A DNA stretch of 64,000 nt, filler included, from Reclinomonas americana ATCC 50394 (taxonomy: Eukaryota), in NCBI GenBank assembly GCA_048213135.1. It is 15 parts of 15 records of this genome, joined end to end, with 100 filler letters (N's around TTAATTAATTAA, not from the genome) between each part and the next. Parts side by side here need not be neighbours in the genome. Positions count along the whole stretch, not along the records: positions 49,572 to 51,859 come from AFZH01019497.1; positions 51,960 to 54,110 come from AFZH01019498.1; positions 54,211 to 56,187 come from AFZH01019499.1; positions 56,288 to 59,945 come from AFZH01019500.1; positions 60,046 to 62,069 come from AFZH01019501.1; 10 more parts are not named here. One strand, written 5' to 3'. This document shows, piece by piece, positions 50,270 to 60,546 of this stretch; the first letter of the stretch is position 1; each line of letters opens with the position of its first letter. The translations under genes were made by a program, and so were the position numbers. The notes under the pieces are model-generated. The model was not told the origin of the DNA. It ran no database searches and worked only from the letters and a program-made list of their open reading frames with translations.

Positions 50270-50846
50270 TTGTCGCTCACTGTTTTATTGTTTCTTCGCA
50301 GAGATGCTGGTGTGCGCCGAAGATCTCGGCTTGGTACCCAAGTGCGTCGCTCCGGTACTGAGCGACTTGGGCATTCTCGGTCTGCGTGTGCAACGCATGC
50401 CGGCCGACGCCAAGAAGGAGTTCGACGAGCCGTGGACGTACCCGTACCGCACAGTGGCCACCACCTCCAGTCACGACACGTCGCCACTGCGAGCGTGGTG
50501 GGAGGAGGATCGTGCGCGGTCACAGCGCTACTTCAACTCGATTCTCGGCTTCCCCGGCGACGCACCCTTCTTCTGCGAGACGTGGGTTGCCGAGCGAGTT
50601 CTCATGCAGCACTTGCAGTCGCCGTCCATGTGGGCCATTTTCCCGCTGCAAGACCTGCTGGCGTGTGACGAACGTCTGCGCCACCCATCGCCACAGAGCG
50701 AGCAGATCAACAACCCAGCGAACCGGTACCACTACTGGAAGTACCGCATGCACATTCGACTGGAGGATCTGCTCGGCAACTGGCACTTCAGCAACGAGTT
50801 GTCGCGTCGGATCGGCAGCTCCAACCGGAACAACTTCTACTCGTAG
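48252..50846 (+). CDS. DPE2: DPE2-type 4-alpha-glucanotransferase (GH77) with two N-terminal CBM20-like domains (spans a gap)
   Basis: CBM20 motifs FGELCFVVGSDESLGSW and LIGSSRALGEWD...YKFV...WEAGEDR. GH77 motifs FRGAG, CAEDLGLVP, LGLRVQRMP, TTSSHDTSPLRAWWEED and INNPANRYHYWKYRMH. Confidence 0.95.
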
Positions 50847-51255
50847 ACAACGAACAGAGCGTGTGTGAGAGAGAGAGATATCATTTTTTGTGTTTGGTGA
50901 GTTTGTGTATAAATGTGCGCAGTTGCACACATGAATAAGTTGGCATACAAGGAGTGTGGAAACGCGAGAAACTGTGAGTCTACGAGAGTCGGCTCGACGG
51001 CGGAGGCCAGCGCTCGAATGCACTCAGAAAGGGAATTGTTGGCCTCACTCGTATCCAAGTCAAGTGACACACTAGTGTGGGGAACAGAAAATCAGAACTG
51101 TCTGGGACACGAGATCTAGAGCAGGCATAAGCGAGGAACACGAACAACGAGCGCGGCACAGAGGACAACAGAATGGGGCGTAGACGGGCAGACTCAAGTC
51201 TGTTACCTCTACGGAACAGGCGTCTGTAACGGTCGTTGCTGTGAAATCGAAAAAT

Positions 51256-53317
51256 ATGACAGAGAGGCGACACAGTCTCTCTTCGCTCTCCGACACTGAC
51301 GTGGCCGGCTTTCTCAACTTCTTTCGTGATGGACTCGCCAATCCGCGTGGTGCACCACTGACAGGAGGAGCAGCACAATCAGGAGGGGGAGGAGGAGGAG
51401 CAACGGTTAGTGTGTGTGATCGTGCGCTTATTCATGCATTGTGCGAGAGAATAATGCTCGTTTCGGGCAGGGCATTGGCGGCGGCTACAGCTCATCGCTG
51501 AGCAGTGCGCTCTCGGAGCTGCCGTCTGAGGAACGCGAGGAGCGCATGAGAGAGGTATCACCTGGCTGGACACTCTCCTGTCAATCCCTCACTTGTCTCA
51601 CTTCGAAAAAAAGATCGACGTGCTGCGGCAACGCGTCAAGGAGCTCTCTGCCAAGCTCGGTGTCGCCATCTCTCTGTCGGAGAGTGGAGGCAGTGAGAGC
51701 GCAGCACAGACAATCTTTACTGCCACTCAACAACAGCACCAGCAGCAACAACAGCGACGACCGACTAGCTTTGCTCCAGCCACACAGTTGCGCCCCTCCC
51801 TCTCCCTCTCTCTGCCGTGGAGGCACTGACTGACTGACTGTGCGTGCCACTAACTGCGCNNNNNNNNNNNNNNNNNNNNNNNNNNNNNNNNNNNNNNNNN
51901 NNNTTAATTAATTAANNNNNNNNNNNNNNNNNNNNNNNNNNNNNNNNNNNNNNNNNNNNGGCGATCCACGTGCCGCCGTCCAGCTGTCCAACTCGTTCGT
52001 GGTTTCAGATCCGACGGGCACCGACTCGGACCTGCTGTCGCGAGAGTGCGTGTTTGCGGGTGGATCGTGTTGCAGTGTGTTGTGACTTACGCTTCGGCAT
52101 CTGTGTGTGTCTGCACATGCAGTATGCATCGGTACACCACCAGTGACGGCGATCAGGAGAACGCGGCGGATCTGTACCGCGAAATCGCGGCCACCGTGGA
52201 CCAGCTGCAGTCGGCGGCGCGTCTGGCACACACCGTTCCCGTTGAGGGCCGGCGCTCCCCGTACGCCCGCACCGGTCGACCTGGCCATCGGAGACAGCGA
52301 TCGTCGCCCAGCCCGCTACCTTCGTCCCAGTCCCGCTCGAGGACCGCACCCTCGTCTCAGTCAGCTTCCACTCGGCGTTCTCGTCGATCAGTGTCAGCAG
52401 ATCGTGAGCGCAAGCCACTGTCAGCACGACCGCCAACTGCACATCGACGCCCGTCCACTGGACGGTCGGTGCCTGCACAACCGCCCACCAAGCCTGCTTC
52501 TCGCAAGACCGAACGTGCAGGTCGCACTCAATCACGCTCTCGCTCGCCGCCACTCGCCGAGGCACACGTGCTCGGCAGTGGCAGCGGTCTCGACGACGGA
52601 GTGCCCTCCATTCGAGTGCCCGCTATCTCTGGTTCAGGACGCGCTGGTGGTCGTCGGTGAGTGACCGTGATCGTGAGGCACGATTTTTTCATCTGCGTGA
52701 AAGAGGTCTCACGACTGGCGATGACACAGAAAGCGTCGTGGTCGCTCGCGAAGCGTCAATCGGAACGTGGAGGAACACGTCTCGCGACTGGAAAAGGTTC
52801 TAGTCACGTCGCATGCGTTTCTTTTGCTTCTCTGTATGTATGCCTTACTGGTGATATTGCAGGCCAACAAGCTGCTTGGAGAAGAGCTACGCCAGCTGTC
52901 GGAGGAGAATGCCGACATTCGCAAGGTGCTGGCCACGCAAAAGTCAAACATTCGCAAGGTACTTGCAAAAATGACAGTCAGTGTGGTGGGTGATCATCCT
53001 AACTCTTGTTCTTCACACACGCTGCACAGCTGGTCGACTTTCGCGCGCGCCTCGTCCGACTTTTGCAGTCGGTGGACCAAGACAAGACGGTGCATGGCGT
53101 CCAAGTGTCTCGCTTGCGTGCACTCGTCACCGACATTGATCTGCTGCTTCGAGTTGCGTCTCCCCCCGCAAGTTTTCTTGCGCTGGTAGGTGCACGCGCT
53201 CACCGTCCCGAGCAGACGCTCGACTTTGAGATGCCACCACTGTCCGGTCGTCGGTCGTCGTCGCCGGCGATGCGACGCACGTCTGTCAGCCCCCGGTTAT
53301 CGGCTAGGAGGAGGTGA
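51256..53317 (+). CDS. Hypothetical coiled-coil/Ser-Arg-rich protein (spans a gap)
   Basis: MTERRHSLSSLSDTDVAGFLNFFRDG start, IDVLRQRVKELSAKLG, and EHVSRLEK-ANKLLGEELRQLSEENADIRK. GT-AG introns. Joining across the spacer is inferred. Confidence 0.55.
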
Positions 53318-53476
53318 ACTGTTTTATCGTATCTTCTTTCGATCCTGTTGCTGACGCGCGACCGATGGGCCACAATGGCGCTCGGAGTCGCGACAGTGAA
53401 ACAGTGGATTGTATTGAGCGCTTCATTTTTATTGCAACACAGTCACGGACCAATCGTGCCCCAGACCGCCGCCACT

Positions 53477-56187
53477 TCAAGAGCGCAGTCGTGACCGCGA
53501 CTGTCCGCTAGTGAGCAGCAGGTACAGTAGACCGACGATCAGCAACACAATCGATGCCTTGAGGATATTCAGTGACACCTGCAATGGCGCGGTGTCAGGT
53601 GGACCCGTGCACACACAACAACACTGTCGGTCAGAGATCACCTTCTCGCCCATGTTGAGCTCGTCCACCACGCTCTCGACAACCTCCACATCCGAGTCCG
53701 AGTCGTGACCATGTTGTTCTGTGCCGTTGGTGGAGCCCGACGAGGAGCCACTGGCGCCTGCGGCCTTTGGTGCCTGCTCCGCCAGCAGGTCAGCAGATGC
53801 AACAATGCTTCGTGTCACGCCACAGCACACACGACGCACCTTCGGCTTGCTGCTGACTTTTCGCTTCATAACTTGCGACTCGGTGGCGTCAGACGATGGC
53901 CCACGAGAAGCTGTTGCCGCTGGTGCTGCAGAAGAAGGCTGTGGAGGCGGGGCTGCGGAGGGCTGAGTAGCGGGCGTCGGCTGCGGAGCCGCGGCACCGG
54001 AACCTTGTATGCCAGCGCGCAACGCCAACACAGCAGCCGTAGAAGGCGGAAGCTCTGTGCGCAACCCAGTCAATAGCCATCCAAATACACGCGCACACAC
54101 ACACACACACNNNNNNNNNNNNNNNNNNNNNNNNNNNNNNNNNNNNNNNNNNNNTTAATTAATTAANNNNNNNNNNNNNNNNNNNNNNNNNNNNNNNNNN
54201 NNNNNNNNNNCACACACACACACACAAAACACACGCAACTGCTCAGCGATGTGGCGTCGACAGTGAATGGAACGGCGTGTGATTCGTCGCCCGTACTTGT
54301 CCACTCCGAACTGCGTGATCGGTCAGTCCGTCACACCTCACATGCCACTGAAAAAGTGTGAATCAACGCAACACTTTGTCGCTGGGCTTGGCACTTCGCT
54401 TGCGTCGACTAGCTGCCGCCGCTTCGGCATCCTCCGCAACAGCACTGGCGCCAGTGGGAGGTGCAGACGAGGGCGCTGACTGCGGTGCTGTGGCTGTCAC
54501 TGCCGTGGAATCGGCGGCCGCGTCCGCCCCACCCTTCTTGCTGCTGTTGCGTCGTGAGCGATTCTTCTGTGTCGTCTCCGTGGCACCCACAGGCGCATTG
54601 CCGCCTGCCGGAGCCACGGTGGACGCATTGGTTGCTGGCACAGGAATGCTCAAGCCCTCAGGCTTTGGCAACTTGCGCTCTCCACCACTCTGCCGGCGCG
54701 ACCTCGGTTTCTGTTTCTTGTCGTCAGTGGCACCTGCACGACGAGAAGAAGAAGAGGAAGAGGAAGAAGGACAGGGTGAAATAACATGACAAGAAGGGGA
54801 GCGACGGCGCGCGGTGACGCACCACTAATGAGATCCTCCAATCCGCCGATTTGCTCGGCAGTCAATGCCGGTACATGCTCGGCACTCGAGGCCGAATGTG
54901 CATCAAGCGACGGTGACGTGCCTGGGCTCACAACCACGTGGTGGTGATGGTGGTGGTGATGGTGATGATGGTGGTGCACCTCCGTGACGACACCATCGGC
55001 CGACACCTGCTTGTCAGTGGTCACGAGCGTGGTGGTAACGACTGTTTCGGTGGTCTTCTTCTTGCCACTGTTCGACCGCCGTCTTCCCGGGGCCGACGAC
55101 CGCATTGGAGACGTCGACGCTGCAGGGTAGACCCACGAAAGATACAAACTCAGATCGCCATGTCTACCTCCTTGCGCGTATGTCTGCTTCGCAACTGCGC
55201 GGTGACGGGTCGGTCGATGTCGTGTTGTCTTTCCGGCGACTATTGCTGCGTTTCCGTCCACCGCCTAGCGAAATGGAAACAGTCAGGCCATGAAGCAGGA
55301 TGAAAAGCGATGGTGCAAGCAATCACGCACTGCCGTGGCCCCCAGATTCCGCAGCCGCAGCCCCCGGCGCTCCGGCGGGGCGAGAGGGCGACGGCTTGCG
55401 ATCTGATGCGGTCGGTGTAGGTGCATTGAGGGATCTGCCGAAACAAACATCGGTGAGTTAGTTACACGCGGTCGCACTCTCTCGCAGTGTGAATACGCAC
55501 TTTGAGCTGCCACTGCCAACGCGATAGTGAGATACCGAGCAGCGAAAAACCAACAAACAGGAATGCAATGCAAACAAACCTCTTTGTGGGCGCGGGTGCA
55601 GACACCGACGTGCCTGTCGAAGCACTGTTCGTGGTGCTGGCCGAACCCGAGTGAGTGGAGGCGCGACTGGCCTCCGACGAGTGGCTCTCCGGTGACGCAG
55701 CACGCTTCTCAATGCTGTTGCCGCGGCTCCTATTCGGGCCTCGGCCAGACTGCTTCTTACGAGCATTATCGTTCGCTGGCTGTGTCGTGCCGCCACCACC
55801 ACCACCACCACTGCCACTGCCAGCTCGGCTGCGGCCTTCGCCTCCTCCCGCCGGCGCATTTCCCTCGCCTCCTTCGTGTCGTCGACGAGTGGACGGTGGC
55901 CTCTTTTCGCCACTGCCTCCAGCGTCCTTGGCGGATGACGGATTCTGAGTGCGTTCATCAGGAGCACGGCGAGGAGGCTGTGGTGGACGCTGCGCATCCG
56001 ATGCAGTCGGTGGAACCGGCACATTCATGACTACAGCAGGAGGTTGCGGTTGCGACTGTGGAAGCTGTGCGGGCGGCGCCGGCGCAGTCAGGTGTGGTGG
56101 CGGTGCCGTCACAGCAGTGCTTGTCGTCGCTGGCTCAATGAGCGGCGGCGTGCTCCACGCCGGCTTCTTCTTCTCAACGGCGCCCTC
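53477..56187 (-). CDS. Long disordered region with a poly-His tract and C-terminal TM helix; probable 3' part of the eIF4E gene
   Basis: Open exon starts immediately at the spacer (EGAVEKKKPAWSTPP...). Exon phase matches across the 54111 gap. Last exon is VSLNILKASIVLLIVGLLYLLLTSGQSRSRLRS*. Confidence 0.65.
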
Positions 56188-56287
56188 NNNNNNNNNNNNN
56201 NNNNNNNNNNNNNNNNNNNNNNNNNNNNNNNTTAATTAATTAANNNNNNNNNNNNNNNNNNNNNNNNNNNNNNNNNNNNNNNNNNNN

Positions 56288-57738
56288 CAGAGCACACCTT
56301 TTCCTGGTGACGTGGTCGCTGCACTTCCCAGCCCGGTTCCGCAATCGGGGCCACCTCCAGGGCCTTCTTCGTGGCCGGGGGGTTGGTGGTTCCCACGTTG
56401 GCCTTGGCATCCTGTGACAGAAAACGACGTCAGCCGACCCAGTTTGTGTGGCTTTAAAACGAGTAGAATTGCACGACGCAACAGCGTGCGTCTGGTACTC
56501 AATCTGGTACTGCAGCGAGTCGAGACCGAGATACGTAATAATCTCCCGCGCAAATGCATGCGCAACATCCGGCGCGGCCACCGAGGCGCTCCAGAACGCC
56601 ACAAAGTCCAAGTGTGCACGGCAAGAGAACACCACACCACACTAACGAGAGAAGAACACAATAAGTCCCATGCGACCAAGTTGGAAGTGGTCTTGCTCTC
56701 CTCACCAAGTCCTGCACGCTCTGGAATCCCTCCGCCACCATTCCCATGATCGCTTTCTCCCATACAACGCCGCGCAGGTGACGCGGAAGTTTCAGGATCT
56801 GCCCAGCATTGCGGGAACAGGGTCAACTCTCTTATTTGCGAGATGCGAGATCGGTCGGAAACACACGCAGACCCATCGGCCTCCGTTGGCGTTCTGCGGG
56901 TCCTCCCACGAGGGATGAATGTCGGACTTGAACACACGAAAGTTGGACAGGTACGGCAGCTCGGCCACATCCAGCTGACTCCAGTAGCGCCAGAATTCGG
57001 AGATGGTGGAAAACGATCCAATTCTGCCAGAGAACGAGGCGATATGAGGCGATGTCACTGTGGAGCTGGCAAACAAGAGAGCGCCGACAGAAACCTCTCC
57101 AGCTCCTGCGCGTACTCCTGCTGTGACATGCCACGATGCTGCTGCTGATCAAACCACAGCGTCCACACATGCTGCAGCGGCATCTCATCATCCTGCCCCG
57201 GCGAAGACAAGTCCTCGAGATTGCCTGGCACACAGATGAGCACATAAGGAGAGTATCCCATGCGTCGCTCTCCCCCGCACTCTCTCACGGACCAATGTCG
57301 GCTTCGACTTCATCGGCCCAGCTTCCCGAGTATCGCGTCTTGCGCGGTCGAGCATACGGGTGATCCTCGATACCTTTTTTTGCACACACACACACATGCA
57401 AGTCAATGACCAAATGCGCTGACTCAGGCGCGCTTGTTGACAGAGAGGCAACAGACGCAACTGTGCCCATCGCCCGACCATGTGTCGAAACCTGCGCGCG
57501 CGCGCCATCACACAATGTCACACACCCACTTTTGGCGACACAGCGAGACAGAGAACACAGAAGGCGACGATGCAGCACGCTTGACCAGCAGAGATGCGCA
57601 CACACACGTGCGTGCAAGACAGAAAAAGAAGAGAGAGAGAAGGCATGCACGCGCGAAACTCTCATCAGCCCAGGAGCCTGTGTCCACGCCACCACCAAAC
57701 ACTTGCGCCGGCGACAGTGGCGAAGCCCGCGGATCCAT
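56288..57738 (-). CDS. eIF4E-family cap-binding protein (N-terminal extension plus core domain; reading frame continues into the gap)
   Basis: PLQHVWTLWFD, EYAQELERIGSFSTISEFWRYW, FRVFKSDIHPSWEDPQNANGGRW and LCGVVFSCRAHLDFVAFW. No stop codon before the spacer. Confidence 0.92.
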
Positions 57739-57851
57739 ATCAAAGGAAACACCGACTCTCTCACACACAAACAACGAAGAGACAACACACACACAAACAC
57801 TTCGACGACGTCCCATCAAAGTCCCGTTTTATCACTCTTTGCAAACGAAAC

Positions 57852-59172
57852 ATGCAGCGCACAGGCGGGCTTTTGCTGCTGTTTGTGGTGCTGTTTGCTG
57901 TGGTTTTGGTCGCCTGCACTCAGCATGCAGATGCATCGTCGTCACTGCGTGTGAATGTCGGCATGGAGGCGGAGGCGGAGGAGGATATGAGTGTGCTTGT
58001 GCGTCGTCGTCGAGAGGCGGTGCTTGCTGAGTTTCAGCGCACGGAGGTGATGGATGATGGCACTGTGCGCATTACGCCGGTGAGTGTGCAGTCAGCATTC
58101 AGGTCGGCTTTCCAATGCCGCTCATGCAAAGTGTCTCGTAGATTGATGACTCGGAGCGAGTGCCGCTGTGGGAACGCGCCTCTGTGGCCTCGGAGAACGA
58201 CACGCTGGGCAAGGATCCGTCGCCGTACTGGTCGTGGGTGCCGCAGTTCAAGGCCGCGGCTGTTGTCGTTGCGTGTGTGTGTGCGTGTGTGTGTGATTGT
58301 ATCGATTTGTTGACTTGTTTCACTTTTTTCCTTGCATTAGAGCGCCACTGTGTCGTGGAGTGCGCCGTGCTTTGCGCAGAACAACGCGACGCTGACGGTG
58401 ACGGACGATGGATGGAAGCTCACGCATGTCGCCGCACATCCGCGCACTCTTACTTGCGACGATGTTGCGTCTGTCTCCTGTGGTTTTTCCCGGAGTGTAT
58501 CGCGCGTGTGTGTTTGACGCCTCTCTTAGCTGTACCTCCTGGCGACTCCGGAGCACGCGCACGTGCACAATGTGTTCACGCACGGCGAGAAGCACGGTAC
58601 TGGGTGCGAGTGCGTTCTCTGCATCAGTTGTTGGACAAGCTCATTGTTCTTGTCGCAGTGACTGGCGGCAGCTGGAAGGACGGCGAGAAGGCTTGGGTGC
58701 TGCAGGTTTGTGGTGTCGTGGTGGTGTGCGAGCTCCTCTACCCTCCCTGCGCTTACGTTTGTGCATCCGTGTGCGCAGAGTGGTCTGCAAATCTTCAATT
58801 TCCCCGACGGCATTCTCGGCACCGTGGTCGACGCTTGGGTGCGTCATTCGCCGTCTGTGTATCACCTTCCTCTCTCTCATGCACACCTGAATAGGATACC
58901 TTCCGCCTGTTCACCGGCCGCAATATGCCCAAGGACAACATTGCTTTCCTGCGCGAGAAGGCCGGCCTGGTGTTCAACCCACGCAGCCAGGGCATGCTCA
59001 ACATTCCTTTCGACCAGTTCCAAGTTTCGGTTTCATGTGCAGGCAGGCAGTGTAAGTGAAGATCTCACTCTGTCGCTCACCTTTGTGCGTCTGTTCTCCT
59101 CGACGCAGTCTGGCGACTACCTCGGCATCACTCGCCTGGACGGTCTCGACCCCGTGATCATGTGGAACGCTG

Positions 59173-59218
<46 letters not shown>

Positions 59219-59945
59219 ACATATGTCGTCACTGTCGCTTGTATATCTCACATGCATACGTTACAGGCGGCGTGTTTGGTGAGACAGCTTCGACTACCTA
59301 TTGTCGATGTTGTCGATCTGGTTCTCACGCTTCGTTGCAGGACACACTGCCATGGTGCTGGTGATTGACGGCGTCAAGTACGTGTGCGAGGTGAGTGAAT
59401 TTAGGGTGTCCACGAGATTCGTCAGCGTCCAACTCCGCGAGTTGTGTCTGTGCAGAGCACCGACTTGGATCCCTTTGGCAAGGTGCGTTTCTTCGCCGCA
59501 CCCACTTTTGTTGCTCAGCGTACTGATTGTGTGGGATGCAACAGGCATACTGGCCACCGCCATGTTGCGTCTCGTGATGGAACCATTATGTGTGTGTCTC
59601 TGTGTGCATGTGCTAACTTATCGTGTTGCAGAGTTCGTGCCAGTCTGCCGCTGTGTATCGTGCTTGTCGCTGTTGATTGACTTGTCTTGTGCTTTTCTTT
59701 ACGTGTGTTTGCAGTGGTGTCATCCGGGTTCGTCGTTGATCTGTTTCCTGCACCGTATCTCATGTCCCTCATGCGCTGTTTGTCTGTGCTTGTGCGAACA
59801 GACTCCTATTGCCCAGTGGTGCGCACGACCGCTGAAACTTGTGTGAGAGACGTGCACTCATCGCTGATACCATGCAGGTTCAAGCAGGCGCAGCAGGCCC
59901 AGTACATGGTGGTGTGGGCTCGTCTCAAGCCCGAGATTCGTGCTC
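57852..59945 (+). CDS. Secreted protein resembling permuted papain-like NlpC/P60 (YiiX/YaeF-like) amidases (3' truncated)
   Basis: Signal peptide MQRTGGLLLLFVVLFAVVLVAC. WSAPCF and QSGDYLGITRLDGLDPVIMWNAGGVFGHTAMVLVIDGVKYVCES fit the (SGD...H.A....V.E) His-first pattern. The expected catalytic Cys would lie beyond the gap. Confidence 0.6.
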
Positions 59946-60045
59946 NNNNNNNNNNNNNNNNNNNNNNNNNNNNNNNNNNNNNNNNNNNNTTAATTAATTA
60001 ANNNNNNNNNNNNNNNNNNNNNNNNNNNNNNNNNNNNNNNNNNNN

Positions 60046-60404
60046 AGACCTTGTTCTCTGCCACATGTCGCTGCAGTGCTCGCTGCACTTGCACCGGCTT
60101 GACCACGGATGTGACCACGTCCCAGTTGGAGACCAAATCACGCAGTTGCACAACAAACTGTGTGGCCCCATGTAAGTGCCACACACGTGCACACGCGAAT
60201 GCCACACAAGAGCGAGAGACTTGCCTGCTCACTCAGTGCCGTGACGAATGGCTGCACATTGGCCACTGGCCACCCATTTGCCAGTGCAAGGTCAGTGAAC
60301 ACCTCCGACACGGGCGTGATGGGTGTGTAGTGCACGGCCACCACCGACTGTGTGCACACAATGACGACCACCACTGCCACCAGCAGCAACAGGGAGGCAC
60401 GCAT
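60046..60404 (-). CDS. N-terminus of an unidentified secreted protein (3' truncated)
   Basis: Signal peptide MRASLLLLVAVVVVIVCTQSVVA. Second exon is joined in frame by a GC-AG intron. Confidence 0.6.
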
Positions 60405-60423
60405 TTGCTCCGATGCGACAAGG

Positions 60424-60444
60424 GGCGCGAAAAAATGGCGGGAA
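60424..60444. promoter_or_regulatory. Two E2F-like motifs (GCGCGAAA, GGCGGGAA) just upstream of the 60404 ATG
   Basis: ggcgcgaaaaaatggcgggaa lies in the 142-bp intergenic gap. Motif resemblance only. Confidence 0.25.
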
Positions 60445-60546
60445 TTCGGAAGGTTGTCCTTCGTTATCTTTTTGTTCCGACGACGCCCCCACGCCGGCTA
60501 CGCAAAACAGAAGATACACTTGTTTGGTTGGTCGCGATTACAAAGT

